DNA from: Lachnoclostridium sp. UBA5890 | Lineage (GTDB): Bacteria; Bacillota; Clostridia; Lachnospirales; Lachnospiraceae | Reading direction: 5' to 3' | Length of the DNA stretch: 64,000 bases | Assembly: GCA_002431395.1 (NCBI GenBank) | Contig: DJEU01000059.1 | Coordinates: forward strand, 9,753 to 73,752 | In this document: piece after piece, positions 18,212 through 28,529 of the stretch | How positions within the stretch are numbered: position 1 is the first letter of the stretch | How the letters are laid out: every line of letters starts with the position of its first letter | Made by a program: the position numbers and the translations under genes | The notes under the pieces: generated by a model | What the model saw: the letters and a program-made list of their open reading frames with translations, nothing else | Database searches by the model: none | What the model was told of the DNA's origin: nothing

Positions 18212-19936
18212 ATGAGACAAAGAGTAGCAAAATGTACGGCTATGGTGCTTGCTGCCACGGTCGTGTGCAGTGGAGTACTGCCGGCCGATATGCAGGCGGC
18301 AAAAAAACCGAGGCTTGCCACAAAGCAATGTCAGGTGACAGTCGGAAAGACAACAAAGTTAAGCACAAAAAATGTGGCAAAAAATACAAAAGTTACGTTC
18401 CGCTACAACAAAAAGGTGAAAAAAATCGTAACTTTGAAATGGAATAAAAAGAAAAAACAAATTTTTGTCCGGGGAAAACGTGCCGGAAAAGCGACCGTTC
18501 AGGTGCGCTTTAAAAAGGGCAGCCGGACATGGAAATACAACTGTAAAATACAGGTGATTAAGAAAAAGACTGTAGTGACACCGAGTGAAGCAACGAAAAA
18601 GCCTTCGCAGGCGCCAACAAGCACAGCGATTACGACAACACCTGCGGCTTCCTCGTCCGCTTCGATACAGCCGACGGGAACTCCTGCACCGACACCGGTC
18701 CCTACGCCGGTTCCGGTCTGCAGTCCATTGGCGGACTATGAAGCAGAATACGAAGATGATAATATGCCGGTAAAAGACATTTATCAGGATTATTTTATGG
18801 TCGGTGCGGCGTTGAACGGTACAAGCCTTTCGACGATGGCATTGAACCACAAAGGAATGGCAGGAATTTTAAAGAAACATTTTAATTCCACCGTTCTTTC
18901 CAATCTGATGAAACCGGAGCATCTTCTGGATGAGCAGGCGACAAAAAACAGCGCCGACGGAATGCCGGTCTGTAAATTTGATACGTGCGACTCCGCGTTG
19001 AAGTTCTGTCAGGAAAATGGAATCAAAATGCGTGGACATACGCTGCTTTGGCACAATCAGACACCCGAATGGTTTTTCCATGTGGATTATGATGTGAACA
19101 AAGATCTGGTGGATGCGGCGACGATGGAAGCGCGTATGGAGAGTTATATCCGTCAGGTCATCACGCACTGTCAGGCAGGATTTCCGGGTGTCATCTACAC
19201 GTGGGATGTTGTCAACGAATGCATCTGCACAGATGATAACAGTTACGTGGTGACAAGCGGCGGCTGGAAACTGCGCTCTCAGACAAAGAGCGATAATGAC
19301 TTTGCACACGATGGTTACGTACCAAATTACTGGTATGCGACGATGGGCGAAAGTTATGTGGAAAAAGCTTTTATGTATGCGAGAAAATACGCAGATCCGG
19401 GCGTGACACTTGTTTACAATGACTATAATGTATTCCAGACGGACAAAATGGAAAATATTTACAAGATGGTTGAAGAACTGAAAAGCAAAGGATTGATCGA
19501 CGGCATCGGATTGCAGCCGACGGTCGGAATGCGCTCTCCGGAGCTAAATTCGGATCATGCGGGAAGTTTTAAAACCTGTCTTGAAACGTATGCAAAACTG
19601 GGTCTTGAACTGCAGGTAACGGAGCTTTCCTTTAAATTGACGATAAAACCGGAATTTATTGATGAAGAGGCATTGCAGGAGCAGGCAGACCGATATGAGG
19701 AATTTATGCAGCTTTTGGTAGACGAAGATTCGGACAATGGCGGTCCTTGTAATATCACAAGCGTAACTGTATTTGGTATCTGCGACGATTATCCATTGTA
19801 TACTGACAATCATCAGAATTTGTATCTGTGGGATAAAAACTGCGTGCCAAAACCTTGTTTTTATTCGTATATTAAGCCGGGCTTAGATCTGCTGGCTTTG
19901 AAAGAAGAGCAGGCAGACGACGGTGGACAGAAATAG
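18212..19936 (+). CDS. Secreted GH10 endo-1,4-beta-xylanase with N-terminal Big_2-like domain and Pro/Thr linker
   Basis: Signal peptide 'AMVLAATVVCSGV', a Big_2-like segment, and the linker 'PTGTPAPTPVPTPVP'. GH10 motifs 'GHTLLWHNQTPEWFF', 'WDVVNE', 'LQVTELS'. Confidence 0.9.
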   Translation: MRQRVAKCTAMVLAATVVCSGVLPADMQAAKKPRLATKQCQVTVGKTTKLSTKNVAKNTKVTFRYNKKVKKIVTLKWNKKKKQIFVRGKRAGKATVQVRFKKGSRTWKYNCKIQVIKKKTVVTPSEATKKPSQAPTSTAITTTPAASSSASIQPTGTPAPTPVPTPVPVCSPLADYEAEYEDDNMPVKDIYQDYFMVGAALNGTSLSTMALNHKGMAGILKKHFNSTVLSNLMKPEHLLDEQATKNSADGMPVCKFDTCDSALKFCQENGIKMRGHTLLWHNQTPEWFFHVDYDVNKDLVDAATMEARMESYIRQVITHCQAGFPGVIYTWDVVNECICTDDNSYVVTSGGWKLRSQTKSDNDFAHDGYVPNYWYATMGESYVEKAFMYARKYADPGVTLVYNDYNVFQTDKMENIYKMVEELKSKGLIDGIGLQPTVGMRSPELNSDHAGSFKTCLETYAKLGLELQVTELSFKLTIKPEFIDEEALQEQADRYEEFMQLLVDEDSDNGGPCNITSVTVFGICDDYPLYTDNHQNLYLWDKNCVPKPCFYSYIKPGLDLLALKEEQADDGGQK

Positions 19937-19952
19937 AAAGGCAGAAGAAGCG

Positions 19953-21290
19953 ATGAAAGAAAAGAAAGGTATTATCATAACGATTGTAGTAGTCGTTATC
20001 GTGCTCGGGGTGCTGGCATATGCTCTGGTATCACGACAGAAGACAAACGAACCAAAGACTGCGGGAAACCGGGAAACGGTAAAAACGACAGAAACAGCTG
20101 TATCGGAGAGTGCAGTCAGCCCGGCAGCGGTTGTCACGGAAGAGACACCGGCAAAGGACATTTATAAGGATTATTTCCTTGTCGGAGCTGCAATCAACGG
20201 AAGCGATATCGATACGATGGCGATCAAGCACAAAGGAATGGCAAAGATTCTGAAAGAAAACTTCAATTCCACGACATTGTCCAATCTGATGAAACCGGAT
20301 TACTTGCTGGATGAAAAGGCGACAAAAAAGAGTAAAGATGGGATGCCTGTCTGCAAATTTGATACCTGTGACCCGGCACTCAAATTCTGTCAGGAAAACG
20401 GAATCAAGATGCGTGGCCACACGTTGATCTGGCACAATCAGACACCGAGCTGGCTTTTTTACAAAAATTATGATGTAAAATCCGGAAAACTTGCCGATGC
20501 GAAGACCATGGCAAAACGTATGGAAAGCTATATCAAGCAGGTGATCACACACTGCCAGAAGAAATATCCGGGTGTGGTGTATGCCTGGGATGTCGTGAAT
20601 GAATGCGTCTGCACCGATGAGGGAAGCTATATCGAGACGAAGGGCGGCTGGAAACTCCGCGCAGATACGAAAAAAGACAACGACTTCACGCACGAGCAGG
20701 CAGTGCAGAACTACTGGTATACGACGATGGGCGAAAATTATGTGGAAAAAGCATTTTCTTTTGCCCGCAAGTATGCCGATGATGGTGTAAAATTGTTCTA
20801 TAATGACTACAATGTCTTTATGGAAGAAAAAATGGATAATATTTACAAAATGGTCGAGCAGTTAAAGGAAAAAGGACTGATTGATGGAATTGGTCTCCAG
20901 CCGACAGTAGGCATCGACTGGCCGGAACTTGACAGCGAAAATGACGGAAGTTTCCGTAAATGTCTGGAAACGTATGCAAAACTCGGTCTGGAACTGCAGG
21001 TCACGGAATTGAATTTCCGCATCGAAGATGGTACGACCGACGAAGAACTGCTGCAGAGACAGTCCGATCGTTACGAGGAAATGATGCGCCTTCTTGTCGA
21101 AGAAGATACGCAGAGCGGCGGACCATGTAATATAACGAGTGTAACCGTATTTGGTATCTGCGATGATTATCCATTGTATGGAGATGATTTCCAGCAGAAC
21201 TTGTATCTGTATGACAAAAACTGCCAGCCGAAACCTTGCTATTATGGATTTATCAAGCCGGGAATCGAGGCAGTCAACAATAAAAAATAA
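19953..21290 (+). CDS. Membrane-anchored GH10 endo-1,4-beta-xylanase (tandem paralogue)
   Basis: Start chosen at 'MKEKKGIIITIVVVVIVLGVLAYALV' (N-terminal transmembrane anchor). The GH10 motifs 'GHTLIWHNQTPSWLF', 'WDVVNE' and 'LQVTELN' are colinear with the upstream paralogue. Confidence 0.9.
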   Translation: MKEKKGIIITIVVVVIVLGVLAYALVSRQKTNEPKTAGNRETVKTTETAVSESAVSPAAVVTEETPAKDIYKDYFLVGAAINGSDIDTMAIKHKGMAKILKENFNSTTLSNLMKPDYLLDEKATKKSKDGMPVCKFDTCDPALKFCQENGIKMRGHTLIWHNQTPSWLFYKNYDVKSGKLADAKTMAKRMESYIKQVITHCQKKYPGVVYAWDVVNECVCTDEGSYIETKGGWKLRADTKKDNDFTHEQAVQNYWYTTMGENYVEKAFSFARKYADDGVKLFYNDYNVFMEEKMDNIYKMVEQLKEKGLIDGIGLQPTVGIDWPELDSENDGSFRKCLETYAKLGLELQVTELNFRIEDGTTDEELLQRQSDRYEEMMRLLVEEDTQSGGPCNITSVTVFGICDDYPLYGDDFQQNLYLYDKNCQPKPCYYGFIKPGIEAVNNKK

Positions 21291-21311
21291 CGAGAACCAG
21301 GAGGATTTGTT

Positions 21312-22382
21312 ATGGCTGAAAAATGTATTGAACTCAAAGGGATCACAAAAGCATTTGACGGACAAATCGTTCTAGATCATATGAATCTTGATATTCATGA
21401 GAATGAATTTGTAACATTGCTTGGGCCGAGTGGTTGCGGAAAAACCACGACATTGCGAATAATGGGAGGATTTGAAACGGCGGATGAAGGACAGGTTCTG
21501 CTCAATGGAACCGATATCGCCCGCGTGCCGGCGAACAAACGCCCGATCAATACCGTGTTTCAAAAGTATGCCTTGTTTTCACACATGAATATCGAGGAAA
21601 ATATTGCGTTTGGGTTAAAAATCAAGAAAAAATCAAAAGACTATATCCGCGACAAGATCAAATATGCGCTGAAACTGGTAAATCTTGACGGCTACGAGAA
21701 GCGTATGCCGGATTCCCTCAGTGGAGGCCAGCAGCAGCGTATCGCGATTGCGCGTGCCATCGTAAATGAACCGAAGATCCTTCTTTTGGACGAACCACTG
21801 GGTGCCCTTGATTTGAAGATGCGCCAGGGGATGCAGTATGAGCTTATCCGTCTGAAGGAAGAACTCGGAATTACGTTTGTTTATGTTACCCACGATCAGG
21901 AAGAGGCACTTACGATGTCCGATACGATCGTTGTTATGAATCAGGGGTACATCCAGCAGATCGGTACGCCGGAAGACATTTACAATGAGCCACAGAATGC
22001 GTTTGTGGCAGACTTTATCGGCGAGAGCAATATTCTTTCGGCGACAATGGTCCGCGATCGTCTTGTCAATATTCAAGGGCAGGATTTTGAATGCGTCGAT
22101 GTCGGATTCGGTGAAAATAAACCGGTGGATGTCGTGATAAGACCAGAAGATATGATCCTTGTACCACCGGAAAAAGGCACGATCCGTGCAAAAGTGAAAT
22201 CCTTGGTATTCAAAGGGGTACACTATGAAATGGAGATGGAAGCACTTGGATTTACGTGGCTGGTACACAGTACAAGCCTTGCGGAAGTCGGAAGTGAAGT
22301 CGGATTGTATATCGATCCGTTTAATATCCAGATCATGCACAAGCCCGAAAATGAGGCAGAGGAGGCGTTTGCCGGTGAATGA
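21312..22382 (+). CDS. potA: Spermidine/putrescine ABC transporter ATP-binding protein
   Basis: Walker A 'GPSGCGKTT', '[14 protein letters not shown]', '[11 protein letters not shown]', and a TOBE-like C-terminus. It is followed by potBCD. Confidence 0.93.
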   Translation: MAEKCIELKGITKAFDGQIVLDHMNLDIHENEFVTLLGPSGCGKTTTLRIMGGFETADEGQVLLNGTDIARVPANKRPINTVFQKYALFSHMNIEENIAFGLKIKKKSKDYIRDKIKYALKLVNLDGYEKRMPDSLSGGQQQRIAIARAIVNEPKILLLDEPLGALDLKMRQGMQYELIRLKEELGITFVYVTHDQEEALTMSDTIVVMNQGYIQQIGTPEDIYNEPQNAFVADFIGESNILSATMVRDRLVNIQGQDFECVDVGFGENKPVDVVIRPEDMILVPPEKGTIRAKVKSLVFKGVHYEMEMEALGFTWLVHSTSLAEVGSEVGLYIDPFNIQIMHKPENEAEEAFAGE

Positions 22383-22389
22383 GAAAAAG

Positions 22390-23202
22390 ATGACGAGACG
22401 CCTTTCGTATCCGTACATTGTGTGGATGGCAATATTTGTTATTGTGCCGCTTATCATTGTATGTGTTTACGGACTGACAGATAAAACCGGTGCCTTTACC
22501 CTTGAAAATGTCAAGAGTATCGCTTCACCGGTACATTTAAAAGCCTTATTTTTGTCACTTAAATTATCTATTATAAGTACAGTGTTATGTTTTATCCTCG
22601 CTTTGCCGCTGGCACTGGTGATCCGGGGGATGCATTTAAAAAGCAGCGGATTTATCATCTTTGTATTCATCCTTCCGATGTGGATGAACTTTTTGCTGCG
22701 TACGATCGCGTGGCAGTCTTTGCTGGAAAAGACGGGTGTGATCAATATGATACTGCAGTCACTCGGACTGCCAAAGCAGAATCTGATCAATACCGAAGGG
22801 GCGATCATTCTCGGTATGATCTACAATTTTCTACCATTTATGGTACTGCCGATCTACAATTCGCTCATCAAGATTCCACAGGATACCTTTGATGCGGCAA
22901 AAGATCTTGGGGCAAACTGGATTCAGACATTGTGGCGGATCACATTGCCACAGATCCTTCCGGGAATTGTCAGCGGCATTACGATGGTCTTTGTGCCGGC
23001 GATGACAACGTTTGTTATTTCAAACCTGTTAGGAGGAGCAAAGATCAATCTGATCGGAAATGTGATCGAGCAGGAATTTACAACGGCCAATAACTGGTAC
23101 GGCGGAGCCGGATTGTCCATTGTATTGATGATATTGATCTTGGGAAGTATGGCGGTTATGTCACACTTTGATAAAGATGGAGAGGGGGCAGCGATATGGT
23201 AG
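22390..23202 (+). CDS. potB: Spermidine/putrescine ABC transporter permease
   Basis: Start chosen at 'MTRRLSYPYIVWMAIF'; the ORF-track 5' extension overlaps potA. Contains the EAA-like motif 'DAAKDLGANWIQTLWRITLP'. Confidence 0.9.
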   Translation: MTRRLSYPYIVWMAIFVIVPLIIVCVYGLTDKTGAFTLENVKSIASPVHLKALFLSLKLSIISTVLCFILALPLALVIRGMHLKSSGFIIFVFILPMWMNFLLRTIAWQSLLEKTGVINMILQSLGLPKQNLINTEGAIILGMIYNFLPFMVLPIYNSLIKIPQDTFDAAKDLGANWIQTLWRITLPQILPGIVSGITMVFVPAMTTFVISNLLGGAKINLIGNVIEQEFTTANNWYGGAGLSIVLMILILGSMAVMSHFDKDGEGAAIW

Positions 23203-23984
23203 GAAAAGCCCTGGCAAAAATCAGCGGAAAGATTTATCTTGCCTTGATTTTTATCTTTTTGTATGCCCCGATCGCGACACTTATTGTGTTGTCATTTAAT
23301 GAGTCGAGATTCCGTGGAAAATGGGGCGGTTTCAGTCTCAAATGGTACGAGAGCCTGTTCTCTTCACGGGAGATTATGGATGCACTGTGGACGACGCTTT
23401 TACTGGCATTTTTGTCCGCTTTGATCGCGACGATCCTCGGAACGATGGTCTCTTTTGCCATGAATCATATGAAAAAACTGCCGCGTATGATCTTGATGAC
23501 GGTGACCAATATTCCGATGCTCAATGCCGATATTGTAACCGGAATCTCATTGATGCTTTTATTTATTGCACTGCGTTACCAGATGGGATTTGGCAGTGTG
23601 CTGATCGCGCATATTACATTCAATCTGCCGTATGTGGTGCTGAGTGTACTTCCGAAATTAAAGCAGATGAATAAAAGTGTATTTGAGGCGGCGCTGGACC
23701 TTGGTGCAAGCCGGCAGTATGCGTTTGTCAAAGTTGTATTTCCGGATATTCTGCCGGGAATTTTAACCGGATTTTTGTTGTCCTTTACGATGTCACTGGA
23801 TGACTTCATCATTACCCATTTTACAAAAGGTGTGGGGATGGATACGTTGTCAACAAAAATCTATGCGGAGGTGCGAAAAGGCATAAAACCAGAGATTTAC
23901 GCACTTTCCACCATTTTATTTGCAGCCATATTTATCGTGTTGATCGTTGTCAACCGCAGACAGAAAGCAGAGGAAAATAAATGA
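23196..23984 (+). CDS. potC: Spermidine/putrescine ABC transporter permease
   Basis: 262 aa with six predicted transmembrane segments. Contains 'EAALDLGASRQYAFVKVVFP'. Confidence 0.9.
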   Translation: MVGKALAKISGKIYLALIFIFLYAPIATLIVLSFNESRFRGKWGGFSLKWYESLFSSREIMDALWTTLLLAFLSALIATILGTMVSFAMNHMKKLPRMILMTVTNIPMLNADIVTGISLMLLFIALRYQMGFGSVLIAHITFNLPYVVLSVLPKLKQMNKSVFEAALDLGASRQYAFVKVVFPDILPGILTGFLLSFTMSLDDFIITHFTKGVGMDTLSTKIYAEVRKGIKPEIYALSTILFAAIFIVLIVVNRRQKAEENK

Positions 23985-25060
23985 AAAAAAGCATAAAAAA
24001 GATTTTGGCACTGACACTTGCGACCGCATTATTTACGACCGGACTTACGGCTTGTTCCGGCGGAAGCAAGACCGGAGATGCCGGTGAATTGTATGTTTAT
24101 AACTGGGGCGAATATTTTGACCCGGATGCGTTAGCGATGTTTGAAGATGAGACAGGCATCAAAGTGACATATGACGAATACGAGACAAATGAAGTAATGT
24201 ATCCGATTATATCCAACGGTGCAGCTTCGTATGACCTTGTCTGCCCTTCGGATTATATGGTGCAGCGCATGATCTCCGAGGATCTTGTTGAAGAGATTAA
24301 TTTTGACAATGTGCCAAACATTAAATATGTAGACAGTAAATATATGGATGCCAGCAAAGAATTTGATCCGGAAAATAAATACAGTGTTCCGTATCTTTGG
24401 GGAACGGTCGGCATATTATATAATAAAACGATGGTAAAAGAACCGGTGGACAGCTGGGGAATCCTGTGGGATACCAAATACAAAGATAACATTTTGATGC
24501 AGAAAAGTGTCCGCGATGCATTTGGTATCACGTTGAAGTACCTTGGTTATTCGCTCAACAGCACAGATGAAAAGCAGTTAGAGGAAGCCAAACAGAAACT
24601 GATCGAGCAGAAGAAATCCGGCGTCGTACAGGCATATGTCGTCGATGAAGTGCGTGATAAGATGATCGGAAACGAGGCGGCGATCGGTGTGATCTATTCC
24701 GGCGAGGCATTGACCTGCCAGAAGGAAAATCCGGATCTTGAGTATGTCATTCCGAAAGAAGGAAGTAACTTGTGGATCGATTCCTGGGTCATTCCGAAGG
24801 GCGCAAAGAACAAAGAAAATGCGGAGAAGTTTTTGAACTTCCTCTGTAAACCGGAAATCGCAAAGATGAATTTTGATTATATCACGTATTCGATTCCAAA
24901 CGAAGAAGGACGCAAATTGATCGAAGACGCGTCAGAACGTGACAGCAAGATCGCATTCCCGGATTGGGATTCTTTGACAAATTGCGAGACGTTTAAATAT
25001 CTCGGTGATGATGTCGACAAGATTTATAATGAGAAATGGAAGGAGATCATGGCACAATGA
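23981..25060 (+). CDS. potD: Spermidine/putrescine-binding lipoprotein
   Basis: Lipobox 'GLTACSGG'. The PotD-like segments 'LYVYNWGEYFDP' and 'DSWVIPKGAKNKENAEKFLNF' are present. Confidence 0.9.
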   Translation: MKKSIKKILALTLATALFTTGLTACSGGSKTGDAGELYVYNWGEYFDPDALAMFEDETGIKVTYDEYETNEVMYPIISNGAASYDLVCPSDYMVQRMISEDLVEEINFDNVPNIKYVDSKYMDASKEFDPENKYSVPYLWGTVGILYNKTMVKEPVDSWGILWDTKYKDNILMQKSVRDAFGITLKYLGYSLNSTDEKQLEEAKQKLIEQKKSGVVQAYVVDEVRDKMIGNEAAIGVIYSGEALTCQKENPDLEYVIPKEGSNLWIDSWVIPKGAKNKENAEKFLNFLCKPEIAKMNFDYITYSIPNEEGRKLIEDASERDSKIAFPDWDSLTNCETFKYLGDDVDKIYNEKWKEIMAQ

Positions 25061-25662
25061 AAGTATTACTGATCAATGGAAGTGCAAAGGAAAAAGGCTG
25101 TACATTTACGGCACTCAGTGAGGTGGCACGCGGACTCAATGAAAGCGGCGTGGAAACCGAGATCCTTTCTCTTGGTACGAAGCCAATCGCAGATTGCATG
25201 GGCTGCGGAAAATGCCGAGAAACCGGTGCTTGTGTGTTTGGAGATATCGTAAATGAAATCGTCGAAAAGGCAAAGACCGCCGATGGTTTCGTCTTTGGTT
25301 CCCCGGTTTATTATGCTCATGCGAGCGGACGGCTTTTGTCTGTCCTTGACCGCGCCTTTTACTCCGGAGGAAAAGAATTTGCCTTTAAGCCGGGAGCAGC
25401 AGTGGTAAGTGCCAGACGTGGTGGTACGACGGCATCTTTGGAAGTGATCAATAAGCATTTCTCCATCAATCAGATGCCGATCGTGACTTCCAATTATTGG
25501 AATATGGTGCATGGAAATACACCGGATGAAGTACGTCAGGACAAAGAAGGTATGCGTACGATGTACAATCTCGGCCGCAATATGGCGTGGATGATACAAT
25601 GCATTCAGGCAGGACCGGAACATCCGCAAAACGAAAAAGAAAGTACGAATTTTATTCGTTAA
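25057..25662 (+). CDS. Flavodoxin-fold NAD(P)H-dependent FMN reductase / iron-sulfur flavoprotein family protein
   Basis: 'MKVLLINGSAKEKGCT', a Cys cluster 'CMGCGKCRETGAC', and 'FGSPVYYAHASG'. Confidence 0.8.
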   Translation: MKVLLINGSAKEKGCTFTALSEVARGLNESGVETEILSLGTKPIADCMGCGKCRETGACVFGDIVNEIVEKAKTADGFVFGSPVYYAHASGRLLSVLDRAFYSGGKEFAFKPGAAVVSARRGGTTASLEVINKHFSINQMPIVTSNYWNMVHGNTPDEVRQDKEGMRTMYNLGRNMAWMIQCIQAGPEHPQNEKESTNFIR

Positions 25663-25731
25663 GCATGCGTTGACGAACCCGGAAAGAATCGTTATAATAA
25701 AACGTAGAAACGTGAAGAAGGAGGAAATGTA

Positions 25732-26652
25732 ATGTATACTGTAGATTTACAGGACTGCATTGACAAGATGGAACTTGAATGTCTTACACCGGATGTGGAT
25801 ATTTCAAGTATCAAGATCACGCAGTCGGATATCAACCGCCCGGCACTTCAGCTGGCAGGATTTTTTGATTATTTTGACCACCACCGTGTACAGATTATCG
25901 GTCACGTGGAAAATACGTATATGGAAAAGCAGGGGCTTGAGTACAGCGTAGAGATGATGGGACGTATCATGTCCTACAAAGTACCATGTATCGTGTACTG
26001 TCGTGATATGGCGGTGCCGGATGCCATCCTGGAGGTGGCGGACAAAGCCGGTGTGCCGATTTTACGTACGAAGCAGACGACTTCCTCATTTTCTTCCGAA
26101 TTGAACCGATGGCTGAAAGTCGAATTGGCGCCGCGTATCAGTATTCACGGTGTTTTGGTCGACATTTACGGCGAAGGTGTGCTGATCACCGGAGAGAGTG
26201 GAATCGGTAAAAGTGAGGTTGCTTTGGAACTGATCCACCGCGGACACCGTCTCGTATCGGACGATGTCGTAGAGATTAAGAAAGTCAGCGATGCGACATT
26301 GATCGGTACCGCTCCCGATATCACGAGACATTTTATCGAACTTCGCGGAATCGGAATTATCGATGCCAAAGCATTGTTTGGTGTGGAAAGTGTAAAAAAC
26401 ACTCAGTCGATCGATCTTGTCATTAAACTCGAAGAGTGGAATAAAGAGCAGGATTACGACCGCATGGGACTGGAAGAAAAATACATCGAATATCTCGGAA
26501 ATAAAGTGGTCTGCCATTCGATCCCGATTCGTCCGGGCCGAAATCTCGCGATTATCTGTGAGTCGGCAGCCGTCAACTTCCGTCAGAAAAAGATGGGATA
26601 TAACGCAGCAAAAGAATTGTACAATCGTGTAACCGCAAGATTGCCGGAATAA
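25732..26652 (+). CDS. hprK: HPr kinase/phosphorylase
   Basis: 306 aa. 'HGVLVDIYGEGVLITGESGIGKSEVALELI.RGHRLVSDD' is the HprK P-loop signature. Confidence 0.95.
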   Translation: MYTVDLQDCIDKMELECLTPDVDISSIKITQSDINRPALQLAGFFDYFDHHRVQIIGHVENTYMEKQGLEYSVEMMGRIMSYKVPCIVYCRDMAVPDAILEVADKAGVPILRTKQTTSSFSSELNRWLKVELAPRISIHGVLVDIYGEGVLITGESGIGKSEVALELIHRGHRLVSDDVVEIKKVSDATLIGTAPDITRHFIELRGIGIIDAKALFGVESVKNTQSIDLVIKLEEWNKEQDYDRMGLEEKYIEYLGNKVVCHSIPIRPGRNLAIICESAAVNFRQKKMGYNAAKELYNRVTARLPE

Positions 26653-26679
26653 AGATACGCAGTCAGAAGGAGGAAAGTC

Positions 26680-27606
26680 ATGGAAAAGTTTTACGTAGGT
26701 GTCGATGTCGGAGGCACATCGATCAAGATGGGAATGTTTTCACATACCGGGGAATTGCTCGAAAAATGGGAAATTCCGACGCGTGTGGATGAAGATGAAG
26801 AAACGGATCGTATCCTTCCGGATATCGCCGCAAGTATCGAAGAAAAACGTGCGGAAAAAAATGGAAATATTGTCGGCATCGGACTCGGCATCCCGGGACC
26901 GGTGACAGACGACGGAACCGTGTTAAAATGTGCCAATATTCATTGGCCGGTCTTTAATGTCAAAGAAAAATTGTTTGATCTGACCGGCGTAGCTAATATT
27001 CGTGTCGGAAATGATGCGAATGTCGCAGCTCTTGGAGAGATGTGGAAAGGCGGCGGACGCGGCTTTGACAGCATCGTCATGGTAACACTCGGAACCGGTG
27101 TCGGAGGCGGAGTTATCCTCGGCGGCAAGATTTTGACCGGAGCCAAAGGAGCAGCCGGAGAAATCGGTCATATGACCGTAGAATATGACGAAGAAGAGAT
27201 GTGTAACTGCGGTACAAAAGGCTGTCTGGAACAGTATGCTTCCGCGACGGGAATCGTTCGTCTGGCGAAAAAACAGATGACCGCGACGTCTTCTTTGGCA
27301 AAAATTGACAACCTCACAGCGAAAGACGTATTTGATGAAGCAAAAGCCGGAGATGCGTATGCGCTTCAGATCGTAGACCAGTTTGCCCATTATCTCGGTG
27401 TGGCACTTGGCAATGTGGCCCAGATCATTGATCCGGAAGCCTTTGTGATCGGCGGCGGAGTGGCGAGAGCCGGCAGCATCATTACGGAAAGCATTGAAAA
27501 ATATTATAATGACAGTGTAATGTTTGCCCTGCGCGGCAAACAGTTCAATCTGGCAGAACTTGGAAATGACGCAGGCATCTACGGTGCTGTGCGTATGGTC
27601 CTGTAA
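26680..27606 (+). CDS. glcK: ROK-family glucokinase
   Basis: 'VGVDVGGTSIKMG', 'GNDANVAALGE', and the ROK zinc motif 'GHMTV...CNCGTKGCLEQYAS'. Confidence 0.9.
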   Translation: MEKFYVGVDVGGTSIKMGMFSHTGELLEKWEIPTRVDEDEETDRILPDIAASIEEKRAEKNGNIVGIGLGIPGPVTDDGTVLKCANIHWPVFNVKEKLFDLTGVANIRVGNDANVAALGEMWKGGGRGFDSIVMVTLGTGVGGGVILGGKILTGAKGAAGEIGHMTVEYDEEEMCNCGTKGCLEQYASATGIVRLAKKQMTATSSLAKIDNLTAKDVFDEAKAGDAYALQIVDQFAHYLGVALGNVAQIIDPEAFVIGGGVARAGSIITESIEKYYNDSVMFALRGKQFNLAELGNDAGIYGAVRMVL

Positions 27607-27623
27607 GAAAGGAATCAGAGAGC

Positions 27624-28490
27624 GTGATACAATTAAAAGAAGGAGAACTTCTGAGAAATCATACAACATTTCGTATCGGCGGAGCGGCAAAATATTTTGC
27701 TGTGCCAAAGAACGAAGAGGAGATTATGGAAGCGGTGGATTTTGCCATCGTGAAGGATCTGCCATATTACATCCTTGGCAAGGGAAGCAATGTGCTGTTC
27801 CCGGATGAGGGATATTCCGGTGTAGTCATCGAGATTGGAGCCGGCATGGAAAAGGTGGAACGCATTGGCGATACCGGAATCCGTGCACAGGCAGGTATGT
27901 CATTGAGTTCCCTGGCGGCGTTTGCAGCGAGAGAGGGGCTGGCAGGATTGGAATTTGCCGGCGGCATCCCGGGAACACTTGGAGGCGCCGTGACGATGAA
28001 TGCGGGTGCCTATGGCGGTGAGATCAAGGATGTCGTTGTAAGTGCGAAAGTGATGGATGAAGACGGCGGTGTAAAAGTGCTGTCCCGCGATGAATTGGAG
28101 CTTGGATATCGTACAAGCATCGTCCAAAAGAAACAACTGATCGTGTTAGAAGCCGAATTTTCACTGCAACCGGGAGAAACTGAGGGGATTCAGAACACGA
28201 TGAAAGAACTGAATGCAAAACGAAGAGAAAAACAGCCGTTGGAATATCCGAGTGCCGGAAGTACGTTTAAGCGTCCGGAAGGATATTTTGCCGGAAAACT
28301 GATCGAAGATGCCGGACTCCGCGGCTACCGTGTCGGGGATGCCCAGGTGTCGGAAAAACATTGTGGATTTGTAGTAAACCGCGGAAAGGCGACATGTGCC
28401 GAGGTGCTTCAGTTGATCGAAGAGGTACAGAAAAAGGTCAAAGAGCAGTTTGGGGTACAGCTTGAGCCGGAAGTGCGGATCATACGATAG
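27624..28490 (+). CDS. murB: UDP-N-acetylenolpyruvoylglucosamine reductase
   Basis: GTG start. Contains 'HTTFRIGGAAKYF', 'LGKGSNVLF', 'AGSTFKRP' and 'GDAQVSEKHCGFVVN'. Confidence 0.95.
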   Translation: MIQLKEGELLRNHTTFRIGGAAKYFAVPKNEEEIMEAVDFAIVKDLPYYILGKGSNVLFPDEGYSGVVIEIGAGMEKVERIGDTGIRAQAGMSLSSLAAFAAREGLAGLEFAGGIPGTLGGAVTMNAGAYGGEIKDVVVSAKVMDEDGGVKVLSRDELELGYRTSIVQKKQLIVLEAEFSLQPGETEGIQNTMKELNAKRREKQPLEYPSAGSTFKRPEGYFAGKLIEDAGLRGYRVGDAQVSEKHCGFVVNRGKATCAEVLQLIEEVQKKVKEQFGVQLEPEVRIIR

Positions 28491-28529
28491 AAGAGCAGTT
28501 CTCGAAAACTGCAGAAAAGGAGGGCAAAG

